DNA of 64,000 nucleotides. It comes from Neoroseomonas eburnea (lineage in GTDB: Bacteria; Pseudomonadota; Alphaproteobacteria; Acetobacterales; Acetobacteraceae). Numbering within the stretch: the stretch's first letter is position 1; each line of letters starts with the position of its first letter. The notes beneath the pieces were generated by a model, which saw only the letters and a list, made by a program, of their open reading frames with translations, was not told the DNA's origin and did not search any database. The translations under genes were made by a program, and so were the position numbers. Shown here one piece after another: positions 38,230 through 52,394 of this stretch. Location of the stretch: positions 77,897 through 141,896 of the forward strand of contig NZ_JAAEDL010000002.1 in NCBI RefSeq assembly GCF_018129005.1. Reading direction: 5' to 3'.

Positions 38230-39189
38230 ATGATCGGCATCATGCCCCGCGGCGACCTCTTTCCCGATATCGCGCCTTACGAAACCGGCTTGCTGCCGCT
38301 GTCGGGCGGTCACGTGATGTACTGGGAGCAGGTCGGCAACCCCCGCGGCCAGCCGGTGCTGTTCCTGCATGGGGGCCCCGGCGCCGGAGCAGGCGCGGTC
38401 CACCGGCGCTTCTTCGACCCGGGCCACTGGCGCGTGGTGATCTTCGACCAGCGCGGCGCCGGCCGGTCCCGCCCGCTTGGGGAATTGCGGGACAACACGA
38501 CGCCGCACCTCGTTTCCGACATCGAGACGCTGCGCCGCTTCCTCGGCATCGAGCGCTGGCTGTTGTTCGGCGGTTCCTGGGGATCGACGCTGGCACTGGC
38601 CTACGCGCAGGAACATCCGGAACGCGTCACGGGCTGCGTGCTGCGCGGCGTCTTCCTCGGCCGCCGGACGGAAGTGGAGTGGTTCCTCACGGGCCTGCGG
38701 CGGGTCTTCCCGGATGCCTGGGCATCCTTCGCCGAGCATGTGCCGGAACAGGAGCGCGACGACCTGCTCGGAGCCTACCTCAAGCGGCTCTGCCACCCCG
38801 ACCCGGCGGTGCACCTGCCCGCGGCACGTGCCTGGAGCCAGTACGAGGGATCCTGCTCGACTTTGCTGCCCTCGCCCGAGACGGTGGCGTCCTTCGCGCA
38901 GGACCGCTCGGCGCTGGGGTTGGCGAGGATCGAGGCGCACTACTTCGTGCACGACCTGTTCCTGCCGCCGGAGGGGCTGCTTGGGCGCATCGGGCGGATC
39001 GCCAGGATCCCGGCGGAGATCGTGCAGGGTCGCTACGACATGGTCTGCCCGGCGGAGACGGCCTTCGATCTCGCCGCGGCCTGGCCGGGGGCGCGGTTGA
39101 CGGTGGTGCCGGATGCCGGCCATTCGGCGCTGGAACCCGGCGTGCGGACGGCGCTGGTCTCGGCGGTGGACCGGTTCCGGCGGCGCTGA
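38230..39189 (+). CDS. pip: Proline iminopeptidase (prolyl aminopeptidase, S33 alpha/beta hydrolase)
   Basis: YWEQVGNPRGQPVLFLHGGPGAG...WRVVIFDQRGAGRS...LLFGGSWGSTLALAYA (the GxSxG nucleophile elbow) and a C-terminal D/H pair. Confidence 0.9.
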   Translation: MIGIMPRGDLFPDIAPYETGLLPLSGGHVMYWEQVGNPRGQPVLFLHGGPGAGAGAVHRRFFDPGHWRVVIFDQRGAGRSRPLGELRDNTTPHLVSDIETLRRFLGIERWLLFGGSWGSTLALAYAQEHPERVTGCVLRGVFLGRRTEVEWFLTGLRRVFPDAWASFAEHVPEQERDDLLGAYLKRLCHPDPAVHLPAARAWSQYEGSCSTLLPSPETVASFAQDRSALGLARIEAHYFVHDLFLPPEGLLGRIGRIARIPAEIVQGRYDMVCPAETAFDLAAAWPGARLTVVPDAGHSALEPGVRTALVSAVDRFRRR

Positions 39190-39225
39190 GCACGTGATAT
39201 AAGCCGCGCCGGTGGGTCCCCGTAG

Positions 39226-39302
39226 CTCAGCAGGATAGAGCACAGGATTCCTAATCCTGGGGCCGTGAGTTCGAATCTCGCCGGGGACGCCACTTCCAGT
39301 TC
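39226..39302 (+). tRNA. tRNA-Arg (anticodon CCT)
   Basis: Acceptor stem is gtccccg/cggggac, discriminator g, encoded CCA. The anticodon loop is ttCCTaa in stem cagga/tcctg. TTCGAAT T-loop. Total 77 nt. Confidence 0.85.
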
Positions 39303-39588
39303 GTCAAACTATGCTCTTGGCCCGGTGGCCTCGCCGTGAGGCGCAGGTTTCCCGTGATTCTTGTACGTGGGCTGGCCACCGGGCACAGGGACCGACGCCC
39401 CGAAATCCTCTCTCTCGGGCGGCCTCTCTCCGAACCTGGTGACTTGGCCGATTATCGAGCCACGCTGAAAGCCGCGGAAAACATCGACTTTCTGCGGCAG
39501 AAGTGCGGCGCAGTTGGCAGAGCGCATGGGGGAGCGAAGCAGTCTCCCACCGAATCGTTGATGGGTAGCCAACTGGTCAGCACCACCA

Positions 39589-42756
<3,168 letters not shown>

Positions 42757-42835
42757 CCTCTCTGTGACCGCCTCGGCGCCCGAAACCGGTCGCGAGATGC
42801 ACGTCTCGGGACGCAAGGCGCCTGCCGCGAGAAGG

Positions 42836-43447
42836 TCAGAGGCATGCCTCAATCCCCTCGCGGAAGACACGGAAGCTGACGGTGCGATTGGCGGAGGCAG
42901 TCATGTTCTCCGCGATTCGACGCGCGGCTTCGATCTTCTGGTAGGTGCCGGGATAGTAGCCGTGCTTCTTCAGAAACCTGTGCAGGGCCTCCCACGAGCC
43001 GCCATTCTCTGGGTTCCGGAACGGCGACGCCGCAAGCTTGATCTGCGGCAGCCTCGGAAATGTGACGCGCAGGGCGTCAGGATCCCCAAGAAACCAGGAT
43101 TCCAACTCTTCGATCGCTATGCGCGCCACAACCGTGAAGGGCGAGCCCCCGCGCGCGGCCGACTTCGTGATCAGTCCGGCCGCTTGCGCCGCCCGTTCCA
43201 TCTGGGCCTTCAGTGCCGTGCAGTCGTCCTGGTCGCGGTCCACCAGCACGAGGACGCGGAGATCCTCGCCGCCTTTCAGCCTGTCCGCATATCCGCGAAG
43301 CCGTGCCTCCAGCTTCTTGAGGAGGGCGTGCTTGCTGCCGAGATTGATGATCTTGATCCGAGCGCGCCCCTGCACGATCCGCGGCAGCAGCACCTGCAAC
43401 GCAGCTTCGGCCGAGGGCTCCTCCACCAGGACCTCGATCCGGCGCAT
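42836..43447 (-). CDS. DUF4276-like protein with TOPRIM-type acidic motifs (E...DxD), putative nuclease partner of the adjacent ATPase
   Basis: [24 protein letters not shown] (conserved Glu) and [12 protein letters not shown] (DxD) follow the TOPRIM pattern. About 204 aa. The start overlaps the ATPase stop (gTGAtg). Confidence 0.65.
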   Translation of the reverse strand: MRRIEVLVEEPSAEAALQVLLPRIVQGRARIKIINLGSKHALLKKLEARLRGYADRLKGGEDLRVLVLVDRDQDDCTALKAQMERAAQAAGLITKSAARGGSPFTVVARIAIEELESWFLGDPDALRVTFPRLPQIKLAASPFRNPENGGSWEALHRFLKKHGYYPGTYQKIEAARRIAENMTASANRTVSFRVFREGIEACL

Positions 43448-44646
43448 CACGCGGTCTCCGAGGCCAGCGGGTCGCCGACCTCGAAATGCCCTTCCATCCA
43501 GATCTCGCCCAGGCTCGCCCCCTGGTTGAGGAAGGCCATAGCGCCCGGCATGTCGGCCACCCGCTTGGCGGCAGTGTAGCCTTGGGCGTTACGGTAAAGG
43601 ACCCGGACTTCCTTCGGATCCATCGAATTGATGAAGAAAGGCGAGTGTGTGGTGATGATGAGCTGCGTGCGGGCCGAGGCGCTGCGGCATTCCTCGGCGA
43701 GTTCGGGCAGCAGGCGCGGGTGCAGGAAGTTCTCCGGCTCCTCGATGCCGATCAGGCGCGGCGGATTGGGATCGTAGAGCAGCGTGAGGTAGGCGAGCAG
43801 CTTCAGCGTCCCGTCGGATACGAAACGCGACAGCACGGGCGTCGAGAAGGGCGCGTCCTTGAAAAGCAGCAGCAGGCGGCTGTCCGCCAGCACCTCGGCC
43901 TCGACCTTCTCGATGCGCGGGACACGGCGACGCAAGGTCTCGAAGATCTGATCCAGCCGTTCGGGATGCTGATCGCGGAGATACTGGATGACGTTGGGCA
44001 GGTTGCTGCCGTCGGGCGAGAGCCTCTCCTCAGCGCCGGCTTCTGGGCTGCCGCGCGCGGCCTCGGCCGACAGGTAGGAGAGGTGCCAGCTGGTGATGAA
44101 GTTCCGCAGCGCGATGACGCGCGGGTTCTCGGCGAGCGTGCCGAGCGTGGAGACTGCAAGAACGTCGGGCCCGGCCAGTGAGCGTTCAACCCGGGTGTCC
44201 TTGTCCTCTGGTTGCTCGCCGGTGATGACGCGGCCCTGGCCGTTCTCGTAGTCCAGGAAACGGAAGGGCTTGCCGCCTTTGCCGCGCGTCCAGCTCAGGT
44301 ACTCGCGCGCGACGACCGGGCCTCGGCGCGTCTCGTCCAGCTCAAGGTGATACGTGATCAGCGGGGTCTTCGGGGCTTCGCGGTACTTGATCTCGATGAG
44401 GATCCGGCCTTCGCTGTCGCGGCTGCGCAATTCCCGGAAGCGGCCGCGCCGGTCCCATGGCTTGCGGATGCCTTCCTGGAAGGCTTCGGCTAGGAAGGCG
44501 AACACGTCGAACACTGTGGACTTGCCGCTGCCATTCGGGCCGAGCAGGACGGTGACGTCCGTCAGATCTTTCAGCGTCAGGTCGCGCAGCGCGCGGTAGT
44601 TCTGCACCTGTAGGCTGAGGATCCGCGGCGGGGGGGGAAGCGTCAT
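43447..44646 (-). CDS. ABC-type/AAA_21-family ATPase (OLD/AriA/PtuA-like) embedded in the Type I R-M operon
   Basis: Walker A is [11 protein letters not shown]. The ABC signature is like [14 protein letters not shown]. Walker B is [14 protein letters not shown]. The H-loop is IITTHSP. ATG overlaps the hsdS stop (ATGA). Confidence 0.8.
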   Translation of the reverse strand: MTLPPPPRILSLQVQNYRALRDLTLKDLTDVTVLLGPNGSGKSTVFDVFAFLAEAFQEGIRKPWDRRGRFRELRSRDSEGRILIEIKYREAPKTPLITYHLELDETRRGPVVAREYLSWTRGKGGKPFRFLDYENGQGRVITGEQPEDKDTRVERSLAGPDVLAVSTLGTLAENPRVIALRNFITSWHLSYLSAEAARGSPEAGAEERLSPDGSNLPNVIQYLRDQHPERLDQIFETLRRRVPRIEKVEAEVLADSRLLLLFKDAPFSTPVLSRFVSDGTLKLLAYLTLLYDPNPPRLIGIEEPENFLHPRLLPELAEECRSASARTQLIITTHSPFFINSMDPKEVRVLYRNAQGYTAAKRVADMPGAMAFLNQGASLGEIWMEGHFEVGDPLASETA

Positions 44647-45915
44647 GCGGCGGTTTCCATCAGGCGCTCGGCGTCGTGCACGCGGAGTTCGCCCGACATC
44701 AGACGAGGGAGGAGGAGGTCGCGGGTAGCGGCGAGGGTGCGGGACTCAAGGGAGTTGGCGAGGCTGCGCTGAAAAAGCGGCGCGATCAGCTCGTCGGCGG
44801 CCTTCATGATCTCACGAGATCCAATCACCGTCATCGCTTCCGAGAGATGGTGCCGCTGAATGTGCCCCATCGTTGTCGCCTTGGACGCCGCAATGGCCTG
44901 AAATCGAGGCAGGTGGTGGTCCACCCAAAGGTAGTGCAGCCACTTCGGCCACTCCTTGGACGTGACCTTGAAGAGGTGCTGGTTCAGCGCGCCGCGACCA
45001 CCCGTCCAGACGCGCTGGAGCAGGCTGCCTGACCAGGAGAACAGGATGTCCCCATCCTCGACGACATACTGCGGCGGGATGGCGCGCGAGGCACGGTCGC
45101 TGCCGCTCGGGCTGCCGGCCCGGAGCTCAGCGATCTTGATCACCGGCAGGTCGTCGTCGCCGGTGCCGGGGTACTTCTGAAGCGCGAGGCCGTTCAGGAA
45201 GTCCGCGATCTGGTCGAGCGGCACTTCGCGCCACCCCTCCGGCTTCCCCTCCGCGTCGAGGCGATCGGGGAACAGGGCCCAGAGGTCGGGGGCGAGGTAG
45301 GGCGGGCTGCCTTCCATCTTGGCGCGGGTGGGGCCGAAGGCGACGAACCAGTCCTGGAAGATCGCCCGCGCCATCGCCTCCAGCGTCTCGTTCATCCGCC
45401 GGTTCAACTCGATCTTGTCGTCGAGCGCGCCGAGGATCGAGGAAATCGCCTGCCGTTCGTGACGCGGCGGGAGCACGATCGGCAGCCGCGAGAGGTCTCT
45501 GAGGTTCAGGGTCGCCTGAACCGTTGTGTTGAGGCGGCTTTGAATCATCGACGCGGCGGCGGACGACCGAAGGCCAAGTTGGACCCAATACGGCCCAACC
45601 TCCGGCTTGACCGGCAATACGGCGATGGCGCGAGCCACATTCCAGCCGGCCATATCGGGTGGAACAATGGCGGTCTCGCCCACAGTCCCCACGATGGTAA
45701 TGAGCAACTCGCCGCCACGCAGCCGTGTGCGGCCGTACGCGCGCTCGATATCTGCCGAGACGCGCAGGGGCGACCGGACTTCAATGCGGCCGTTTCGCAC
45801 ATCGGAAACTCTGACGATCGGCACGCCATCAGGAACCGGTGATCCCGGCTGCACGATGCCGTATGAGATGCCGCGTTGTGGGTCCACCAACTCGCTGAGC
45901 GGAACGGATGGCCAG

Positions 45916-45926
<11 letters not shown>
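44643..45926 (-). CDS. hsdS: Type I restriction-modification specificity subunit (HsdS)
   Basis: Two target-recognition domains are separated by a central conserved helix, with a C-terminal conserved helix ([12 protein letters not shown]). The start was set at [14 protein letters not shown] (45926), overlapping the hsdM stop by 11 nt. Confidence 0.85.
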
Positions 45927-47760
<1,834 letters not shown>

Positions 47761-47903
47761 GGCTTCCCGGGATCATATTGGCGAAGCAGCCTGCCGATTC
47801 GGGGCTGCGGCGCGATATGATCAACCATGGGTGGAACGGATTCAATCGCGCGATGGATTATGCCTGGTCCGCGCGGGAATCTTGTCCGTGTGCCTGCCGT
47901 GCG

Positions 47904-48297
47904 TCACCCGAGAGCGCGACGTTGCTCCGCCCACGCGTCGTCGATCAACATCCCGGGCCGGATGCTGTTTGCGTCCACGGTCTGCCGGCCATCGAGGATG
48001 CCCTCCAACAGATCCGGCGCCAACAGGGTTAAGCGCAGCAGGCGCGCGACATAGGACCGATCTGCTCCCTCGGCGACGGCCAAGTCGCGCATGGAGGCGT
48101 ACCGCCCCTCCTCCAGCATCCGCCGCCACCGGAACGCCCGCGCCAGCGCCTTGACCAGGGCTGGGTCGCCGCTAGTGGCTTCCACACCCAACCCGTCCTG
48201 GCCAGCCCGCACCGGCGACCCATCCGGCCCAACGATCTGCTTCCGCCCTCCGCGGCGGCGAATCGTCATCGGCACCACTACCGTCACGCTGCTCATG
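47904..48297 (-). CDS. Small HTH (ParB/KorB-like helix-turn-helix) protein translationally coupled to the serine recombinase
   Basis: ATG overlaps the recombinase stop (ATGA). MSSVTVVVPMTIRRRGG...YASMRDLAVAEGADRSYVARLLRLTLLAPDLLEGI resembles the ParB-type HTH. Confidence 0.5.
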
Positions 48298-49624
48298 CTG
48301 CGATCGCCTCCCGCGGCTTCGCCGCCATGTCCCGCGCCAGCCCAGCGAGCCCCTCCAGGTTCAGCCGAATCTCTGCGCCCTTCTCGGTGACCGTCACACG
48401 CTCGACGAGCAGCCGCACGATCCGCTCCTGCTCGCCGGGGAACAGTTCGTCCCAAAGGGGATCGAGCCGCCCAAGCCCGTCGCGCACCTCCGCCTCGGTC
48501 AGGTCCGGCGCCTCCTCCCGCGCAGCCCGCCAGGTGCCGACGACGACCTCCGGCTGGCGCAGGAGCGCCCGGATCTGCGCCAGCACCAGCCCCTCGATCT
48601 CCCCGGCCGGCAGGCGCCGGAGCGGTGCGTCGTCTGCCCCGCCCTGCAGCACCGCCTGGCTGACGTAATAGCGGTAGAGCCGCCCCTTCTTTCGCGTATG
48701 GGTCGGCGACATCGCCCGCCCGTCCGGCCCGAACAGCAGGCCGCGCAGCAGCGCCGGCGCGGTGGCGCGGTTCTTCGCCGCGCGGGCGCGCGGGCTCTCG
48801 ACCATGATGGCGTGCACCCGGTCCCACAGCTCCCGCGGGATGATGGCGGCGTGCTCGCCGGGATAGGATGTCCCCTTGTGCACCGCCTCGCCGAGAAAGG
48901 TCCGGTTCACCAGCAGCTTGTAGACGGCCCCCTTGTCGAAAGGCCGGCCGGTCTTGGTGACGAGGCCCTCGGCGCGGAGGACGGGCAGCAGCCGCGTGGC
49001 GGATCCGATCTCGGCGAAGTTCTCGAACACGCGGCGCACCGTCGCAGCGCCCGCCTCGTCCACCACGAGCTTGCGGTTCTCGACCCGGTAGCCGAGCGGC
49101 ACCGGACCGCCCATCCACATGCCCCGCGCGCGCGAGGCGGCGATCTTGTCGCGAACGCGCTCGCCGATGATCTCCCTCTCATACTGGGCAAAGCTCAGCA
49201 GGATGTTCAGCGTGAGCCGGCCCATGCTGGTGGTGGTATTAAAGCTCTGAGTGACAGCAACAAACGTGACCTCGTTGTCGTCGAAGGTCTGCACCAGCTT
49301 GGCGAAGTCCATCAGCGAGCGGGACAGACGATCAATTTTATAACAGACGATGACGTCGATCAGGCCGGCCTCAATATCGGCCAGCAATCGCTTCAATGCG
49401 GGGCGATCGAGCGTGCCGCCCGACACGCCGCCATCATCGTAGCGATCGTGCACCAGCACCCAGCCCTCGGAGCGCTGCGACGTGATGAAGGCCTCGCACG
49501 CGGCCCGCTGCGCGTCGAGCGAGTTGAACTCCTTCTCCAGCCCCTCGTCTGTGGATTTGCGGGTGTAGACGGCGCAGCGGAGCTTGCGGATTTTCGCCGG
49601 CAGGACGGGTTCGCGGCGGGTCAT
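48293..49624 (-). CDS. Large serine recombinase (resolvase/invertase N-terminal catalytic domain plus recombinase and zinc-ribbon/coiled-coil C-terminal domains)
   Basis: The N-terminus is LRCAVYTRKSTDEGLEKEFNSLDAQR (catalytic Ser in the RKST context), then DVIVCYKIDRLSRSLMD. At about 443 aa with the C-terminal extension it is a large serine recombinase. Confidence 0.85.
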   Translation of the reverse strand: MTRREPVLPAKIRKLRCAVYTRKSTDEGLEKEFNSLDAQRAACEAFITSQRSEGWVLVHDRYDDGGVSGGTLDRPALKRLLADIEAGLIDVIVCYKIDRLSRSLMDFAKLVQTFDDNEVTFVAVTQSFNTTTSMGRLTLNILLSFAQYEREIIGERVRDKIAASRARGMWMGGPVPLGYRVENRKLVVDEAGAATVRRVFENFAEIGSATRLLPVLRAEGLVTKTGRPFDKGAVYKLLVNRTFLGEAVHKGTSYPGEHAAIIPRELWDRVHAIMVESPRARAAKNRATAPALLRGLLFGPDGRAMSPTHTRKKGRLYRYYVSQAVLQGGADDAPLRRLPAGEIEGLVLAQIRALLRQPEVVVGTWRAAREEAPDLTEAEVRDGLGRLDPLWDELFPGEQERIVRLLVERVTVTEKGAEIRLNLEGLAGLARDMAAKPREAIAA

Positions 49625-50109
49625 GCGCCGGGCTTCCGCAGCCCGAAGAACACCCAGCCATTCCAGCGCGTGCCGGTGATGGCGCGGGCGATGGCGGAAA
49701 GCGACTGGTAGGGGCGACCCTGGTATTCGTAGCCGTCGCGCGTGACGGTGACGACATGCTCGACGCCCTGGTACTCGCGGATCAGCCGCGTGCCAGCGAT
49801 CGGCCGCTGCTCGTGGCGGATGCGGCGCAGGGTGATATTCCGGCCGTCGAACTGCTCACCCAGTGCCTCGAGGCGTTCCAGCGTCTCCCTCTTCAGGCCG
49901 CCATAGGCCAGCTCCTGGATGCGATATGCGAGGCGGCTCTCCAGGAAGCGCCGATTATAGGGCGGCGGCTCGGTGCCGAAGAGGCTGCGCCATTCGGCCT
50001 TCAACTCGCCGATGGGCATGCCGGGCAGCGCGGCGAGGCGCGCCGGCACGTCCGGCTTCGGGAGGGCGGTGATCGTCGTCGTCATGGTGTTCGGCTTCGC
50101 GCGGGTCAT
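49621..50109 (-). CDS. DUF2924 family protein (conserved partner of large serine recombinases)
   Basis: Its stop overlaps the recombinase ATG (ATGA). LPGMPIGELKAEWRSLFGTEPPPYNRRFLESRLAYRIQELAYGGL fits the DUF2924 pattern. Confidence 0.6.
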   Translation of the reverse strand: MTRAKPNTMTTTITALPKPDVPARLAALPGMPIGELKAEWRSLFGTEPPPYNRRFLESRLAYRIQELAYGGLKRETLERLEALGEQFDGRNITLRRIRHEQRPIAGTRLIREYQGVEHVVTVTRDGYEYQGRPYQSLSAIARAITGTRWNGWVFFGLRKPGA

Positions 50110-50312
50110 GCGTCTCCCTTTCTCCTGGGGTTCGCACGAAGGCGCTGGCCGGGGACGGAGTGTAGGCGAACCACGCGCTCGCCGCCGGCCGCGGGCGCGG
50201 CTTCCTCGGGAGCGCGACTCCTCAGCCGCAGCAGCCCGCGGGCGAGAAGGTCGCAGACCTCGCGAAGGTGAGGCGGGAGGTGGGCGTTGATGGGACGGTC
50301 GTCACGCTGCAT
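50106..50312 (-). CDS. Small hypothetical protein (68 aa) translationally coupled to the DUF2924 gene
   Basis: ATGA overlap with the DUF2924 start. Arg-rich (PHLREVCDLLARGLLRLRSR). It is a possible small DNA-binding/excisionase-like protein, or it could be spurious. Confidence 0.3.
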   Translation of the reverse strand: MQRDDRPINAHLPPHLREVCDLLARGLLRLRSRAPEEAAPAAGGERVVRLHSVPGQRLRANPRRKGDA

Positions 50313-50397
50313 GGCGTGACAATACGAATCGGCGATCGCCGCGGGGAGTGCTGAGTTGTAGCGCTACGCAGCGCTCCCGCTGGCAGGCCCGTCCGGC

Positions 50398-51129
50398 TCA
50401 GGCGACCGAGACATCCGGCGGCAGGATCACCACCCGCGCCCCGATCGGGACGCGCTGGTACAGGTCGATGATGTCCTGGTTGATCAGCCGCACGCAGCCT
50501 GCCGAGGCCATGGTGCCGATGGTCCAGGGCTCCACCGTGCCGTGCAGGCGGTAATAGGTGTCGACGCCGTCCTGGTAGAGGTAGAGCGCCCGCGCCCCGA
50601 GCGGATTGCGGCCGCCACCGGGCACGCCGTCGCGGAAGGCGCCATAGCGCTGCGGATCGCGCCGGACCATGTCGGGGGTCGGGCGCCAGTTCGGCCAGGC
50701 GGCCTTGCGCTCGACAAAGGCTTCGCCCGTGAGGTTGAAGGCCTCGTCCCGGCCAACGGCGATGCCGTAGCGCATGGCACGGCGGCCCTCGAGGGCCAGA
50801 TAGGCGTAGCGGGCGGCCGTATCGACGACGATGGTCCCGGGTTCGTCGTCGCGCGGATAGGCCACCTCGCGGCGGAGGAACCGCGGATCGATGCGCCGGA
50901 GGTTCACCGCTGGGATCCAAAAGCGATCCGTGGTGATGGCCGCGTAGATCCGGCGATAGTCCGGCTCGGCCGCCGGCACGGCCGCGGGCGAAGGTTCGGG
51001 CGCGACAGGCGGGGCGGCATCCGCCTGCGGCGACACCACGCTCGGCAGGGATCGCGGCGCTTCCGACGACGCGCACGCCGTGAGCAGGCCAGGCAGGCCG
51101 GCGACAAGGCTCCTTCGGCTAACGCGCAT
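50398..51129 (-). CDS. L,D-transpeptidase (YkuD/ErfK family) lipoprotein
   Basis: The lipobox is GLLTAC. The catalytic region is GTVEPWTIGTMASAGCVRLINQDIIDLY (the conserved Cys in the SxGChR-like motif). Confidence 0.8.
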   Translation of the reverse strand: MRVSRRSLVAGLPGLLTACASSEAPRSLPSVVSPQADAAPPVAPEPSPAAVPAAEPDYRRIYAAITTDRFWIPAVNLRRIDPRFLRREVAYPRDDEPGTIVVDTAARYAYLALEGRRAMRYGIAVGRDEAFNLTGEAFVERKAAWPNWRPTPDMVRRDPQRYGAFRDGVPGGGRNPLGARALYLYQDGVDTYYRLHGTVEPWTIGTMASAGCVRLINQDIIDLYQRVPIGARVVILPPDVSVA

Positions 51130-51220
51130 CGATCGTCCGGAATCCCCTGAGCAGCAGCAAAACTGCTTGCGCCAAGTCAACGATATGGACGGCGGCTTTG
51201 TCCACCGCCTCGGCCGCTGC

Positions 51221-51997
51221 CTACGCGCCCACCTGCCGTCCGAGCCAGATCACCCGCCCGATGACATGGACGTCGTCAGCGGTCAGGCCGCGCTGCGGCT
51301 GATAGGCGGGGTTGTCCGACAGCACGCTGAGCCGCGGCGGCCGACCCAGTTCCACCTGCACCCGCTTCACCTGCAGGCCGTTGCCCGTGCGGATGACGTA
51401 GATCCCGTCCTTGTCCCCAGGCTGGTTCTGCCGGAAGTCGACCAGAACCGTGTCGCCGGTGCGTAGCGTTGGCTCCATCGAATCCCCGTCTACCGTGATC
51501 ACCGCCAGCTGGTCGAGCGGGGCGGTGGTCACTGTGCGGACCCACTCCTCCCGGAAGGCAATGCGATAGACGACGGCCTCCCGGTCGATCTCCTGGCCAG
51601 GACCGGCTGAGGCGCGGGCGTCGTAGACCGGCAGCAGCGCCCAGTTGTCGCCGCCCATGCTGATCACCTCGGCCGCGGCCGGGCCGGTGTAGGAGGTGGG
51701 CGGCCGAGGCGGCGCGGCCTTGCGTCGCACCCGCTGGCCGAGCACCGCAGCGGCTTCCTCCGGGGTGTTGATGGCGATGCCGGCGTCGCCGGCCTCCTTG
51801 CCGAACAGCAGCATCTGCCAGGTGATGCCGAGGGGCACGGCGAGCTCGCGTGCGGCACGCGCGGTGAGTGGGCGGCGGCCGCTCTCATAGGCGCGATAGG
51901 TCGCCTCCGGGACGCCAGCGAGGCGGGCCAATTCGGCCCCTGAATCAATGCCCTTGGCTTCGCGAAAGCGGCGGAGGCGGTCTGCGGTGGATTCCAT
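51221..51997 (-). CDS. CI/LexA-like repressor (XRE-family HTH plus S24 peptidase domain)
   Basis: The HTH is AELARLAGVPEATYRAYESGRR. The S24 signatures are VDGDSMEPTL (the Ser nucleophile) and ...QVKRVQ (the Lys). It is divergently oriented from a Cro-like gene. Confidence 0.8.
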   Translation of the reverse strand: MESTADRLRRFREAKGIDSGAELARLAGVPEATYRAYESGRRPLTARAARELAVPLGITWQMLLFGKEAGDAGIAINTPEEAAAVLGQRVRRKAAPPRPPTSYTGPAAAEVISMGGDNWALLPVYDARASAGPGQEIDREAVVYRIAFREEWVRTVTTAPLDQLAVITVDGDSMEPTLRTGDTVLVDFRQNQPGDKDGIYVIRTGNGLQVKRVQVELGRPPRLSVLSDNPAYQPQRGLTADDVHVIGRVIWLGRQVGA

Positions 51998-52097
51998 GGC
52001 GCTGCAATATGTAGCGCTTTCATCGCGATTGTGTAGCAGGTTTCTGCATATACAAACAGTCTTGTTTGCGTGCCGCGACGGAGCGTATCTGTCCCGC
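51998..52097. promoter_or_regulatory. Divergent CI/Cro-type promoter-operator region
   Basis: A 100-bp AT-richer spacer carries TGTAGC half-sites (52010 tgtagcgc and 52032 tgtagcag) and a 16-bp palindrome CAAACAgtctTGTTTG (52053-52068). Confidence 0.4.
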
Positions 52098-52394
52098 ATG
52101 CCCGACCGCATCGCCCTCCGCAAACGGCCCGCCGAACCGGCACGCCCGGCGCTGTCGCCCGCGCTCCCGCCGCCCAAGAGCTTTGCCGACGTGATCGCCC
52201 TGTGGCCCAGCGCCGCTGAGCTCGCCGCCCTGCTGGATGTCGAGGCGGTCACTGTCCGCGCCTGGCGTCGCCGCGGGATCCCCGCCCGGTACTGGGCCGC
52301 GGTCGCCGAGGCGGCGCGCTTCAGCGGCCGACCCGTCGATGAGCGGCTGCTCGCCGGCTTGGGCTCCATCCGCAAGGGCCGCACCCATGGGTAA
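52098..52394 (+). CDS. Cro/early-regulator-like small DNA-binding protein
   Basis: 98 aa, divergent from the CI-like repressor. The C-terminal region AVTVRAWRRRGIPARYWAAVAEAA is HTH-like. Its stop overlaps the next gene's start. Confidence 0.45.
   Translation: MPDRIALRKRPAEPARPALSPALPPPKSFADVIALWPSAAELAALLDVEAVTVRAWRRRGIPARYWAAVAEAARFSGRPVDERLLAGLGSIRKGRTHG

Noticed and set aside
36171-39197. 1008-aa plus-strand ORF covering the znuA-like, zinc-ribbon and pip regions
   Set aside because: It runs antisense to two well-supported minus-strand genes and translates straight through repeat B (GRVGVRAGAGPQNAPRGAFPNG). It is a GC-bias open frame.
50322-50346. Possible attR-like remnant of the tRNA-Arg 3' end (tacgaatcggcgatcgccgcggggag versus ttcgaatctcgccggggacgcca)
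   Set aside because: The similarity needs a 5-bp and a 1-bp indel and extends over only about 20 nt. It is not convincing as a direct repeat, and the true attR probably lies beyond the window.
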